Source: Octopus vulgaris
Taxonomy: Eukaryota
Direction: 5' to 3'
Assembly: GCA_951406725.2 (NCBI GenBank)
Contig: OX597832.1
Coordinates: 10,044,001 to 10,108,000 of the forward strand
Length of the DNA: 64,000 nucleotides
Shown here: positions 1 to 14,164 of the stretch, one piece after another
Numbering within the stretch: the stretch's first letter is position 1
How the letters are laid out: the number at the start of each line of letters is the position of its first letter
Translations under genes and position numbers: made by a program
Notes under the pieces: model-generated
What the model was told of the DNA's origin: nothing
Database searches by the model: none
The model's input: the letters and a program-made list of their open reading frames with translations, nothing else

Positions 1-1717
1 TTGTTTCTTAAGATAAGTCGTTTCTTCGGTTTAATTAGGTTGCAGGCTAAGTAGTGATGGTGAGTTGTTACGGGAAAATGTGTATATTTATTAAATTTGG
101 AATTGAGCTATTGCTCAGAATTGAGTTTTCTGGAATTTAATCTTTTGTGTTGAGAAAGGAGATGACAATGTTCAGTGTTTGCAATGTGAACTTTATGGAT
201 TCACAATATAATGTAATTGGTATAGAGTAGTTGACCTGAAATTTCTTTACCACTCGTTGATATTATTTAGAGTATTTCACCTTTCTGTGTTTGGAAGGTG
301 GAGGTTATTATTCGGGTATGTCATTTTGTTCTTAGTATAGAAATTTGTTCTCTCTTGCTTCCTTTTCACAAAAGGTGTAGAGATAGTTGGTAGGTATATT
401 TATCGCTAGAGATTAATTTTTTTATTCAAACTATTTGATTAATACGAAAGTTTTAACCATCGTGTTTATATGGAGATAGAGTTTGTAGGAGATATCATTA
501 AACTGTTTCTTCAATCCGGTGTCAAACGTCGGTACATTATTTTGTACTGCTTTGTGTCAACGGATACATTCGAAAGCGAGGCATTTAAGACGTGTGCATA
601 TAACGATTTGTAAAACTAGGTAACATTTTTAAAACTTCATTTCTAACTTCAAATATTTAATCTTGGATTTAATATCCTTGTTTCTGTCATATACAATGCG
701 ACGTGAAACAAATATTTGCTTATTTATCGTGAATACATCTAGGAAGGTTCGGGCACAAAAATTGCTAATCGCTGTCAGGTGCAAAAAATTGTCTATATTA
801 AGAAGATAATGCGTTCAATTTACTCAGCTTACTGCTGCATAACATCCTGGCACACCGTTATTTTTGACGTGTTGTCTCATCAGAAAGAAGAACCATGTAC
901 TTTTGGGTCTAGCCAAGCAGCGCATGTTTAAAATTTCATCGAACAATTTGTTGCCGATCGCTGTTTATATCTGCCGGCTGATATGAAATCCTCATATACG
1001 CCATTTATAGTGAGGTGTAGAACAGAAATTTAACTAAATCTCCTACTAACAACATGAATGTGTTAGCTAAATTCGCCTGGAATTACATGTATTCTCAATA
1101 GTTTCCACTTATTATACTGTGTTATAATCTTGCAACACAGATATTGGTTAGATTTTGAGTCAATTCTCATACATTTATATTAGTATCAAAATGGCTTAAG
1201 GTAACGTATGCATATAGTTATAATATAGAGATATTGAAAAGGCATATAAAGTCAATAGAGATATATGTAACCTGATAATCACATGTGATTATAATAGAAA
1301 ATATATTTCTGAGAAACACCACTAAGAATTCAAGCATAGGATTGTATTTATTCAAACAGATATTCATTACATTTCACACAAACTTTGAAGCAGCGATCGG
1401 AAAATTCGATATCGATCTATGTAAGGGAAATCTATTGAATATTTATCAAACGAAAAGCGTGAAATTAGACATATTCAAGGCTGCAATATCTTTTAAGTTA
1501 CAGTAAGTTGGAAAGAGATATAGAATTTAATTAACTGTAAAAGAATACGCCACAATATTTACATAGGTATCTAGAAATAACTGTATAAATCGTTATTGTC
1601 CATGTATTAATTTAACTCGAGGTGTAGCAGTTTATAATCGTATAAGCATACACACATTATATTTATGATTGTTAAAAGGAATTATTTCTAATATCTGTTG
1701 TTTTTATTTTTTCACAG

Positions 1718-1788
1718 ATCAGTGTATGTCACTCCACATGTTGAGACAACTTGGCCATATACTGGAAAAAATTATTTGCAAGTGTTGA
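1718..1788 (+). other. weak candidate (terminal) exon
   Basis: Branch-like TTCTAAT (1686) and a long pyrimidine tract end in TTCACAG (1717). The phase-1 frame gives QCMSLHMLRQLGHILEKIICKC*; another frame gives SVYVTPHVETTWPYTGKNYLQVLNRY*. No homology recognised. Confidence 0.2.
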
Positions 1789-2461
1789 ACAGATACTGAA
1801 AATTGCAGATAAAAATATGATGTGAACGGGTTCGTTGCCTTTCACACAAAATGAGAGCCAAATCCATGATCACATTCTCAGCACAATTTTTGCATCACAA
1901 CCATCCACAAATCAGATATGATATGACCAGATAAACTGTAGTGTGTTGCATAAGTGCGTAGAGCACATGAAAGATCGGGATGTTTTTTCATGGAATTGGA
2001 TATGCGGAGGATTAGAAACGTAAAATCCTAGGTGCCTACAGAGTGACACCAAACGTCGTCAATTATGTGACTCCTGTAGGAATTAATGTGGAAAGGGATA
2101 TATCTTGTGATAAACTATTATCATCTACTTCGAGAACAAGAGTAGTGTTATTAAACATACGATCCTAAGCTTTCAATCCAAGAAAATATACACTCAAGAA
2201 TATTCTTAACCAAGCATATTATCGACAGTGCTGAAGAAGTGAAAAAATCTAGAGGTTTAAAGAGCACGCCATATAATATTGCTTTCTGGCTATTCCTGTA
2301 CACATCTACAGAACTAAACAAGACACCTACAATGTTCTAACGTCTTAGGAAAGTGTTCTCCGCTGAAAAGAGAGGTGTGCAAAATCATGGATATATGCTT
2401 AAGATTCAATGTACCGGCAGCAAATTTTTGTTAGCCTAATTTAAATTTAAGTAATAATAAA

Positions 2462-2824
2462 TATCAGAGCGAGTTATAAACAGTAGCTACAACGCATCCT
2501 GACGTATATTTGCCATATAAATATGGCTAAACTCTAAGGGTGGATGCTAAAATAGTTTGTAGCCCTAGGAGGACACCTCCTCCAGCTGGCCATAGACACA
2601 CTTTCTGTGCCCTATCAGCATTTGCAAAAGGAAGCCATACTTCCCGCCTTCAAGTTGAAGACATCATAAGTTGAAGACGGGACAGATGGTTTCCCTTTGC
2701 AAATACTGATAGGGCACAGAAAGTGTGTCTATGACCAGTTGGAGGAGGTGTCCTGCTGGGGCTACAAACTAAAGTAGCATCCGCCCTTAGGGGTTAGCCA
2801 TATTTATATAGCAAATATACATCA
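2462..2824. repeat. fold-back (long inverted repeat) element, same family as 34017-34267
   Basis: Arms ~2500-2653 and 2671-2824 are reverse complements (e.g. CATAGACACACTTTCTGTGCCCTATCAG / CTGATAGGGCACAGAAAGTGTGTCTATG). The start TCAGAGCGAGTTATAAACA matches 34032. Confidence 0.9.
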
Positions 2825-3159
2825 CAATATAAATTTAGTTAACTATGATTTACTGAAATACATTACCTGGTAACACAGAAATCCAGATTTGAAGTAAAAT
2901 ACTACACTCCTAGCAATGCCATCAAAGAAAATTGCTCGAAGTCAATAAAGCACTGTTCTTAACTATGGCGAAATATAATGACAGATAACTACAACGGTGT
3001 ATAGGAAACATTTGTTGAAGCAGCTTTTCAAACGGCATAATATAGATAAAAGATTCTGGAAAAGAAGCACAATGAAAGTAGTATATATGAATAATAGAAT
3101 GTGACTTGTAACAACTGGACGATGCTCATTTACTCGAAGCGATAAGATTCTTTTCAGCT

Positions 3160-5635
3160 TCGCATGAGTGTTTGGTACTAGGAGACTTCTACGCTCCCAC
3201 GATCGATTGGCCCGCATCAATCTGTACAACATCTTCCCGGTTCGGCCAGGCCCTTCTTGGCGTGGCTGAAGATTGTTTTCTATCGCAACATGTTGAATAT
3301 CCGACAAGGCATAGGTCTGGGCAGCAGCCATCTATGCTAGATCTGGTATTCTCCCGCTATCCAAGATCAGTGTCAGACGTATCTGTGTGCGCCCCTCTTG
3401 CCAAGAGTGATCATGCGGTCCTGAAGTTCGTCATGCACACAACTTTTTCTACGCCCACGACTACTTCGATGCCACGTAGAGTCTTCTCTGCAATTAATCT
3501 TGAAATTCTAACCGAGGCTTCCGCGCTTCTGGACTGGCGATCCCTGATGACGTTGTCCTCTGTTGACGAACTATGGTCATCCCTCAAAGCATATGTAATC
3601 TGTTTGACTGACCAGGCAGTTCCCGTTGGGCTTCCCAAGAAGAAGAAACACAAGCCCTGGGTGACGAAGAAGGTTAAACGAGAACGTCGACTCAGAGATA
3701 TTGCTTGGGCTGAATTCAAAAATCTGGATTCGACTGCAGCTTTTGAGGTGTACAAAACTAAACGAGACCGAGCCGTGAAAATTGAAAAGAAAGAACGCTT
3801 CAGTTATGAATACAAAATCGCGGCAAATGCCAGTAGCAATCCAAAAACCTTCTTTGCCCATGTCCAGCGGAATTCCCGCTTGAACAACCACATTGCAACG
3901 TTGGTAGACTCAACAGGCGTATCGATTGAGGACCATTATCAACAGAGTCAATTATTTGCCGAGGCTTTTTCAACTATTTTCAAACAAGATGATGATCGTG
4001 AACCCCCTCCATTTGATAGATCGGTACATCCAATGCTTCGATTGGTCATCACGCGGGACGAAGTCAAACGTGTTATTCAAGGCCTCGATGTCAACAAGGA
4101 TCACGGCCCTGACGGCATACACCCACGGGTTATCAAAGCGTTGTCTCCTGTCATCTGCGAGCCCTTAACACGACTATTCAATATGTCATTGGCGACGGGT
4201 GTTATACCTGCAGACTGGAGAACAGCGATAATCTGCCCAATTTTCAAGAAAGGGAGCCGTGAAGACCCGCTTAACTACCGACCGGTTTCCCTTTACATCA
4301 ATAATTAGCAAGATGTTCGAAACCATCCTTAAGAAAAGTATGATGATCCACCTCCTAAACACAGCCTCTATCTCTGATTCCCAACACGACTTCGTGCCCA
4401 AGAGATCATGCTTGACCAACTTACTAGTAATGGAAGAATTGGTGACGCGCATCCTCGATGATAGTGATACTGTTGACATCGTTTTATTGGACTTTGCCAA
4501 AGCTTTTGACTCGGTAAACCACCGCCTATTACTTGTCAAGCTTCAAGCATATAGTTTCCATCCGGATATTATACGATGGGTTGGTGCCTTCCTCTCAGAT
4601 CGCTCCTTCCAAGTCCAAGTTAATGGTTCGCGGTCCGACGTCTCCAGCGCGAGCAGTGGCGTGCCTCAAGGTTCAGTGCTTGGGCCCTTGTTGTTCTTAG
4701 TCTTCATAAATGACTTGCCCGACGACCTCACGCAACACACCCTTCTATTTGCCGACGATATCAAACTGGTCGCTCCTCGCTGTAATATAGAGGATCTTCG
4801 TCGATGCCTCCACCAAATTTGGAAGTGGTCTAACGATTGGGACATGTGTCTGAACGTGTCAAAGTGCTGTCATCTGCCTGTCGGCTCTACTCCTGCAACT
4901 CAACTTGATTTCGAGCCGGGTCGTCTGCTGCTGGAGAGGACCGATCAGGTAAAGGACCTGGTTATCTTGGTGGATTCCTCCTTTTCGCCTTCGGCCCAGT
5001 GCGTCCATGCTGCCAACAAAGCACGCGGAATTCTGTTCTTGATTCGACGGTCATTCGGAATGCTCACAGCAGCCATATTCCTACCAATCTATATCACGCT
5101 GGTGAGACCCATATTGGAGTATGGGATTCAAGCCTCTTCTCCTTATCTCCTCAAAGACATACAGCATCTCGAAAGAGTCCAGAAGCTGGCTCCCCGCATG
5201 GTTCATGGTCTCAAAAATTTGTCCTACGAAGAAAGGCTGAGGACGCTCGACCTTTATTCTCTTGAAAAACGCCGCCGCCGTGGTGATCTCATTCTCGCCC
5301 ACAACATCATAAGCGGAAAGTGTAACCTCTCGAAAGAGCTGTTCTTCACTCCTGCTCCAGAGCGTCGGCTGCTGGGTCATTCCGAAAAGCTCTACCTGCG
5401 ACGATTTCATCTCAATCAAAGGAGAGGAGCTTTCTCCGTCCGGGTTGCGGATCCGTGGAACAAGCTGCCAGACGAGATGGTGAAGATGCCGACGACCGCT
5501 TTGTTCAAAGCCTCCCTGGACCTCAAGTGGCCTGAACTCTTTACATGAACACCACCCTGTACTTAACTCCATGTCCCCCTACATGGCCTTGCTATTTGCT
5601 TTTGAGCCAAATTAACTAACTAACTAACTAACTGA
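3160..5635 (+). mobile_element. 5'-truncated CR1-clade LINE (APE endonuclease C-terminus + RT) with one frameshift
   Basis: Motifs VLGDF..P.IDW, PTR..LDLV, SDH, GPDGIHP, NYRPVSL, LDFAKAFDSVNH, SGVPQGSVLGPLLF, LFADD, RPILEY, RRRRGDLI. A +1 T near 4291-4293 joins ORFs 3172-4308 and 4259-5548. Short 3' UTR ends in (TAAC)n at ~5613-5633. Confidence 0.92.
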
Positions 5636-5695
5636 TTAAGCGTAAAACATTATGCAATGTATGCTACTTGCAAGCAAACATATACATACGTATGT

Positions 5696-5739
<44 letters not shown>

Positions 5740-5823
5740 ATTAAAATTTAAAATGAGGGTGTGAAATTAGATATTAATTTTATTAATATCGATTTAACGC
5801 CAGTGTCAACATAGTGGTTTCCC

Positions 5824-5884
<61 letters not shown>

Positions 5885-6060
5885 GTTTGAGGTCAGAGCT
5901 GCGACCATGCTGATGCATCCACGTTTTGCTACACTTTTATTACTAAGAGCCTCCTCTAATATGTGGCACTTAGTGAAGAATGGAGTTTGATATAGCTACC
6001 CTCATTTGCACCTCTTGCCGTGAGGTAGGTTCCCCTGGGACCCTTGACAGGAAGAGGTTC

Positions 6061-6098
<38 letters not shown>

Positions 6099-6644
6099 GA
6101 ACATGAATATGATACTTAAGTATGAGAATCTTGAAATATACTAAAGTATATACAAATTTCACTTTAGACTAATTTTATGAACTATATTTGGAATACAGGA
6201 TTATATAACGGATTTTACATATGAATATTATGGACTATTGAAGAAGAATATCCAAGGAAGTATATATGGTTTTAAAGCAGCGAGTTTTAATTTTTAATTT
6301 AGCTTTCTAACAAACATCTTTTTATAGTTTTACTTCAAAGCTGTTATACATAATTCACATTTTATATCCCTAAAGAGCAGAAGCGTTGTCTATAAATGCT
6401 TATCGATATAGGATTTCATTATAGTGACAACTATTCTGTGAAACGATCGTAAGGTGCTTTAAATAGTTAATTCAAAACTTTTAAACTGCCAAATACATAA
6501 TATACTTATACCTATACATATTTACATATATTGTTCTACATATTTATATTTATTTATATATTTTTAATACAACAATCATTTTTCGCACGTGTATATCTTT
6601 CTGAGGAATTTTGATATTGATTTCCTAATATTAGTAATAATATA

Positions 6645-6699
<55 letters not shown>

Positions 6700-7479
6700 A
6701 AGTTAACATCTAACAAAGAGAAGGTTCTTATGAACCAAGTCTGAGATTGGGTCCGGTATAGTAATAACGGAATTTTTTTTAGAAATTTCTGTCGGCTTTC
6801 TTGGAAATACGTGCTTGTAGTGATATATTTCATGGTTATTGACGTAGTGTCCATTATAATTTTTTTCTTTTGCCCTTACATATAAATTGTATATATATTA
6901 TACGGACAGAGAGAAGGTATAGCACTAGTATCAGTAGAAGAGGGAAGGAAAAGGACGAGCGGGAAAAAGAATACAATACGAAAAAGAAGAAATATAAGTT
7001 CATTCAAAAGATGATGATGATACAAAAATCAGATACATTCCTACATAAGTATATCTCACGAATTTTACACAAAGAAAAAACTGGTGCACGCTATATAAAG
7101 ACATGTTCTCTAAATATACCACATTGTCCTAATAATGCAATGCAATTCTGCTAGAAACATTGATTTTTAGCGTATTTATTGAGTGGTTGATGACATGTTT
7201 TAATCATTCAATATTTTAATGAGATTCGGGTATTAAATCTATGGAAGGAAAGGTATAACAGTGTTCACACGCTAATGAGATGCTGAACCATGTATAGAGA
7301 TAAATTAATTGAGAAATACCTATGGATGGGCTTCGTACGGGGAAAGAGAAAGATATTAATAGTTACGGTCTGAACGGAAAAATTGACCATAATTCGCAAA
7401 GGTACACTTTACAACGTGTATAGAGATATATAGTTACATGGATACAAAAATAGGTAGATACATGATTGATAGATTGATT

Positions 7480-7485
7480 GATAGG

Positions 7486-7575
<90 letters not shown>

Positions 7576-7602
7576 CATACATACATACATACATACATAC
7601 AT
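7480..7602 (+). repeat. (GATA)n followed by (CATA)n microsatellite
   Basis: Directly visible. Confidence 0.95.
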
Positions 7603-8245
7603 AGACCGATTAATTGATTGTCTGAAAGGTAAGTCCGTATGCAACTATATATACTTAGAGATATTGCCCTATGTGTGCATGCATGTATTTTAAATCTACA
7701 GATGACTTATACATTATAGCGGTAATTTAATTTAGAGCCAAATCCTCACTTGTCTGTTATCTTGAAAATTAAGAATACAAATTGCTTATTCCTTATTGCT
7801 TGAGAGTTTATCACAAGGAAGAAGCAACGCTAGTTACCTCTTGAAGTAGTTATACAGAGAACACTCCACACTGAGAGACACTTTAATTCACTCATGACAT
7901 TTTTCACCGAATGGTGTGCTTCGAGTAACATATAATGCAATACAGAATGGAGATGTGAAAAATCAAGTGATTCATCATTCTGAACCTTTGTATAGTGAGG
8001 AAAGCCGTCCTGAATAACAAATGAAATTGCCGAATCATAAACATTTACATTGTCATAAGCATACGAAATCGTGTATTTTACATCAGATGACTAATTATCT
8101 ATACAAATCCTTCAGGTCACTCACTCCCAGCTGTTGAATGGAATTCTCTTCAGTGATTTCATTCGACATTGATAGGTTCTATTGTGCTGCTGGACGCACG
8201 TTTACATCTAAAAAATCTTTATGATAATGCACCATGTATATAATA

Positions 8246-8286
<41 letters not shown>

Positions 8287-8290
<4 letters not shown>

Positions 8291-8555
8291 TAATCAAAAT
8301 AAAAATAAAAACATAATGCCAATGATTCAGCGGTACATATGTTTCGGGCCTTTATGAGACGGATTTATAACAATGCATAATGTGTGTCTATGGCCTTCTT
8401 CAGCCGCGCACAATTACTACCTCAAGGATATGTATTACGTCATGTATTACATAGACACATATTATGCATTGTTATAAATCCGTCTAAGAAAGGCCCGAAA
8501 CATATGTACCGCTGAATCCTTGGCATCATGTTTTTATTTTTAGTTTGATTAATTT
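8287..8555. mobile_element. ORF-less fold-back element (PLE pseudo-LTR-like) abutting (TA)n
   Basis: Arms 8287-8392 and 8450-8555 are reverse complements. The element starts directly after (TA)n and contains a hammerhead motif. Confidence 0.8.
8330..8407 (-). ncRNA. minimal type-I hammerhead ribozyme motif
   Basis: Minus strand: GCGG CUGAAGA AGGCC..long loop..GGCC C GAAAC AUAU GUA CCGC. Stem I GCGG/CCGC, palindromic stem III ACAUAUGU, GUA triplet. Confidence 0.8.
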
Positions 8556-9890
8556 ACTCCACCACCTACACCACCAAATTGTATATACAGGTGCTTACAA
8601 TTATCAAGTACTCACCCTGAATTTCTATATATATATATATATATGCGTGTGGTGTGTGTGTGTGTATCAGTACTCATATATATTAGACCATTCACAGAAA
8701 ATGCCACCTGTTTAACCAATATAAAACTCGCAACATTTTTAGGTATCCACTCCTCACAGATGTTGCTTCCACGCTCAGTTTTGTTTACTGCTCGAATTTT
8801 ACTAAAGACACCACCTTTTCGTACCCATTTTGAATCGTGTTGCAAAGAGGTTAAGCTTGTTATATATCCTTATCACATTTTTCTATTTCATATCCAAAGA
8901 GCATTCATATATACAACTTCCAAAATTCATGTAAGTGCACCAGACTGACGCTGAAGGATATTCGCAGAATGCTGATCAGAAGTAATATCATGTATAGTGC
9001 TATTGGAGCGATTTTACAGAGTGACAAATTTGTTTTGTCCAATCCCTTAAGGGTCAGATAAATAAATGAAACACACCTTTCCTACGTTTCTCTCGCTGAT
9101 TCTAGATTTCCATTAGGACAATTTCCATTATCACTAAACATTGTAGGGAAACTTTTTTTATACCAATGGGTTCGGAATATCTCGAATATGGTTGTTAACC
9201 ACATATTTTGCAACTCATACGAATATAACAACTAAACATTTCGCGTTGAGGATCTGACAAAGATGCAACGAAATGAAGCGGTTATGTGATATTTGGTAAG
9301 CAAAATATAGTAGAGAGTAGTGCTTTGCTAAATTGTCGGATGAATATTACTTAAGAAAGAATGACATACACTTCATTCTATATGAGTGAATTATAGACTC
9401 TAATCTAAAGACATATAGTTTAAATGCAACGCGTGTTTCATAACAGTATGTTGGTATTTTTGAAATATAAGGTCTCTAGCTTCAATACTCAATTGGATCG
9501 AGGTATACCCAATCTGCAGGTCTGGATTCTACACATATATCACTCTCTCTACATTCTATATAAGGATTGAAATTATTTGACTAAAAATCGTTAACATAAT
9601 ATTACTTTACAAACTAATGATTAAAAATAAAGATAATGATAATGAATGAACCTTAAAAATTTCAGAAATAAAAATTTCAGGAATAAGAAAGGATACAAAA
9701 TACGAATAAAAATATTCATAAAATACGAAATAAAAATAAAACTAATGAACAGAATGAATGTTAATTTAGTTAACTTATGTATTTTTGGTTCCACTCCTGC
9801 CAAAATTAATCATGGATACAACTTGCAAATCATGTACATTCTAAACTTGATAATTGTAATGTAAGGGAGGTAATTACCCCCCTTATATTG

Positions 9891-9979
<89 letters not shown>

Positions 9980-10501
9980 ATCATATCAAAAGAAAATTAA
10001 AATTTACGTTTCCAGTGGTCTAACGTTTAAAACTTTTGTCCAAAAGACTATATATTAGTCTTACGATATAGTGTACATTTAAACACATGAGGAATCCACT
10101 GATGGTATGCAACACGCTAGAAGGAACAGCTAAGTTCTATAACCACAAAATTAGTGATAAAATTCGACAGGAACGTAATGAAAAATAAAAACATTTTACC
10201 TTGTAGTTTCCTGAACGAATTGGTTTCTGATTTTAGATTAGCAAGTAAATGAATAACATATACACTCGCCAGGTGAAATCGTTTTCTGCAAGAACACCAG
10301 GGGTTAAACGTATAAATCACGAGGCGATCAAACTTCGGGCCCCTTGTTTATACATTCTAACTTTTTCAAAATCTATTACTCAGCCGCAACCCTCCGCCAG
10401 CATTTAAACATGCCAACTTTTAAAACCTAAAATTATCCACAAACTTACAATATTTAGTCATATCAAAACTAATTGTGTACAACTCTAGTCCAATATATGA
10501 T

Positions 10502-10564
<63 letters not shown>

Positions 10565-10625
10565 TACACACATATATGTATACGCATACGTGCATATTTC
10601 CATACATAAATATATACATACAATA

Positions 10626-10720
<95 letters not shown>

Positions 10721-11749
10721 TATGTATGTATGTATACATATACAACGTTCAGTGATATATGTATATATATCATTTGTTGATTTGTATCTTATGTTCGATG
10801 TATAATATATCTTCCAAGAAATCTTTAACTACGTAATATTATTTTTCTTGAAACACGTCACCCCAATTAAGTCCAATTTCTAAAACACAATTTGATTTCT
10901 TTCATTTTTGCACAGCAACGCACTTTCACATTCAAAGATACAATATTACTGCAATTAACTTATTTCTATACCTTGTTACATTACCTATATATCTTTAGAA
11001 TTTTACTAATTTTTCTGCATTAATAATTATGTGCTTAGTTCACAGATTCATAATCTGATAGCTTTTAACGGAATATATAATTTGGTGTAGAAATTATTAC
11101 ATGACTCGGTTAAAAGATGATTGAAATGTATAAGCCAGAAACACCAAAATTTCTTATGTTAAGACAAAGTGCATGAGGTGCAAGAAGTGTGCATAGCTAT
11201 ACACACTGCAATGCGGATCAAGCCCATTGAGTAGCAGGTAATTGATTGTGAAATCATTGGCGTAATAAATACGCGAGAAAGTGGTAAGCATTCGCAGAAT
11301 GATGAGGCTAAACACAATTTAGCAAAATTGCTTGTTCAAGAGAGGACAATATTGACAAATATGTTTGATACAAAAATACTAAAGTCAGTTAATTTATATC
11401 CACAACGTTATCAACGTTAAACACAAAACAAAAAGCTGGTGAATTTTGGAGCTTAAGACCATAAGCCTAATATTTAAATAGTAAGTCGCTATGAAAATGT
11501 ACGTATGCTTATCCCAAAATATTTCCCTTCTGTAACAATATGTTAACCTAATCCACTAGAATAACCAACGTCTCTAAAATTTCTTTAGTGTTTACAGGGG
11601 CATCATATTGTTTAGGTCATTTGTATGTATTTCGAAAAAGACACGGCTCACCAACAAAAATCTGTAAATGGGTACAAATAGTCTTGAGGATCCTTTTACC
11701 ACGCTTATCCAATGACTAACTTTTATTCAATCGTTAGCATCAAAGACTA

Positions 11750-12785
11750 CTGCTATACGTTACAAGACGTTTTGACATACCAGTATCAGTTTATCTTTAC
11801 CAATATACAACATAATTCTGGTTATAGCAGTCTTGAGAATGTGATTGAAATTATAGATGTATTGATTGACCTCTCTCAACTAAGCCTCATACGTTGAAGG
11901 TCAATGGATTGAGGGCTGGTGATCAAGTAGACCATTTGTCTGGAAGAATATGATCATGAAAATTGTTATGCATCCACTCTAGGGCTTATGAGACGGTGCA
12001 AAATTTTGTTGGAAAAAGTATGGTCTTCCATAGCGTACTGTTTATATCATACAGCTTTCTCGAACACTTGTGTGTAGACAGTCCCATTCGAGTTTGAGCT
12101 CTGTGATAAAAAGTGAGTAAGCCTCACAGACATCTCCCTCGTTACTAACGGCTCGTAAATTCACCCCGGTTGCTGGGAAATTATTTTGCATGACCGTTGG
12201 AACTTCTTTTGGGCCATTGTCATTCGTTTGGTTTAACTTTTGGTCCTGTAAATCCAAAGAATCCCAGCCTCTTGCTGTTTTAACTTGGTTAACACTTTAG
12301 ACAGATCTCTTTTCACATCCGTAAACTGACCCCTCTGCACCACATACGTTTTATACCGGATGTTTTCAAGCACAATTCTTCTGAGGGTGTATTTTGAAAC
12401 CGTGAGGTCTTTCACAATATCCCTGTTTGAGGTTTCGGTGGTTTATTCAATTAGTTTAATGTTTTGTACAGATTCATTTATGCTGGTGGTATTATGACGC
12501 TGTTCATTTGTTTTGCATTTAGATGCTGATGCTGGATGTTCGTCAGCATCTGATTCCTTTCAAACTTTTACAACGAAGGATCTGATAGCTTTCAGGATCG
12601 ACCTGTCTCTGTAGCACTATGCTACTCTATTAAGACAATGATCACAGCGGATCATTTTGTTTGTTGAGTCAACATGATGTCTGACATTATTGGTCTGAAG
12701 ACAGAAATAGGTTAGAAAAAAACTAGAGCTCTTAGAAAAAGGCGCCTTCAACAGAAAAAAAGAAGGAAAAATTACGCACCCTATA
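11750..12785 (-). mobile_element. decayed Tc1/mariner-superfamily transposon (maT/DD37D-like)
   Basis: Minus-strand fragments DIVKDLTVSKYTLRRIV, VPTVMQNNFPAT..VSNEG, GRPYFFQQNFAPSHKA, EWMHNNF..W..SPALNPL resemble the QQD.AP.H and WP..SPDLNPLD motifs. Many stops; TIRs not secure. Confidence 0.75.
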
Positions 12786-13479
12786 TATGAAATTTCAGTG
12801 AATAACTTCGTTCTGTATATAGACAACACGTGAGATTTATGTAATAATTTCTATCTAAATGATTTTGATGCTTTGCTATCTAGATCAGAATTTAGATTTT
12901 ATTGTGAGATTCTTAAGTCTTTGGTAATATGATATTTTGATATTATAGACAAAAAGAAACGCTCGGTGATATTACTATAGTTATAAAGAACGAAGTGCAA
13001 ATTGAATACGTAATTAGAGAACAAAGTACGTATGAAACAAATTAATACACAGGCTATGTGAATCCAAAATACCTGAGAATATGCTAAGTGTATTAATTTG
13101 AGAAAGATGCTTCAAATAATGACCAAAATTTGTGAAAAACTAAATACATTTGCCCATGATATTTACATTCTATTCTATTGAAGTATCAGAATAGCATTAA
13201 AGCAAGAAAATGAGTAAAACTTCAGCTTGTGAATGTCAAGCAAAGTAGATTTATTACTAGTAATGTTGCGATAAATTTTACACTAAGCACAAATACGATT
13301 ATATGAAAACAGAGAAATGAAATAAGTTACATCGTGAGAGGTGTTATCTTTTCATATATGTTTAAAAGAAATTAATCCTCTTTTTCTCTCTCTGCCTCTC
13401 CTTCCCTCTCTATCAACTATATCTCATTCAATATATACATATATATACACTAATACACACAAACACAATCACATACACA

Positions 13480-14147
13480 ATTTTGGGAGAGGGGGTTAGC
13501 TGATTATAACGACCCCAGTGGCGTAACTGGTACTTATTTAACGGACCGCGAATGGATGTAAGGCATAGTCGACCTCGGCGGAATTTGAAGGTAGCGGCAG
13601 ACGAAATACCTATTTCTTTATTACCCACAAATGGCTAAACACAGAGGGGACAAACAAGGACAGGCATAGGTATTAAGTCGATTACATCGACCCCAGTGCG
13701 TAACTGGTACTTAATTTATCGACCCCGAAAGGATGAAAGGCAAAGTCGACCTCGGCGGAATTTGAACTCACAACGTAACGCAGGCGAAATACCACTAAGC
13801 AATTCGGCCGGCGCGCTAACATTTCTTATTAGTTTATTACCCAAAAGGAGCTGAACACAGAGGGCACAAACAAGGAGAGACAAAGGGATTAAGTCGATTA
13901 CATCGACCCCAGTGCGTACATCGACCCTGAAAGGATGAAGGGCAAACGAAATATATATTTCTTTACTACCCACAAGGGGCTAAACACAGACAGGACAAAC
14001 AAGGACAGACAAACGGATTAAGTCGATTACATCGACCTCAGTGCGCAACTGGTACTTGTTTAATCGACCCCGAAATGATGAAAGGCAAAGCCCACCTCGG
14101 CGGAATTTAAACTCAGAACTTAGTGGCAGACGAAAACCCGCTAAGCC
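13480..14147 (-). mobile_element. tandem cluster of about 4 partial tRNA-derived SINE copies
   Basis: Repeated blocks CGACCCCAGTGCGTAACTGGTACTT...GAAAGGATGAAAGGCAAAGTCGACCTCGGCGGAATTTGAACTC; same family as 17975-18206. Confidence 0.88.
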
Positions 14148-14164
14148 AGTGATTGCAGTGATGT

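Noticed and set aside
1-360. Possible decayed Penelope RT fragment on the minus strand
   Set aside because: Only vague motif resemblance and cut by the window edge.
830-886. Minus-strand CUGAUGA-GAC..GUC-AAAA hammerhead-like motif
   Set aside because: GAAA is absent, the cleavage position would be G, and stem I does not pair.
2963-5572. Antisense and alternate-frame ORFs over the CR1 LINE
   Set aside because: Shadow ORFs of GC-richer RT coding sequence.
10420-10805. Many ORFs made of IY/YI, CV, HT, poly-I/L/N repeats here and throughout the window
   Set aside because: Translations of (TA)n, (CA)n and (TAA)n microsatellites that lack stops by construction.
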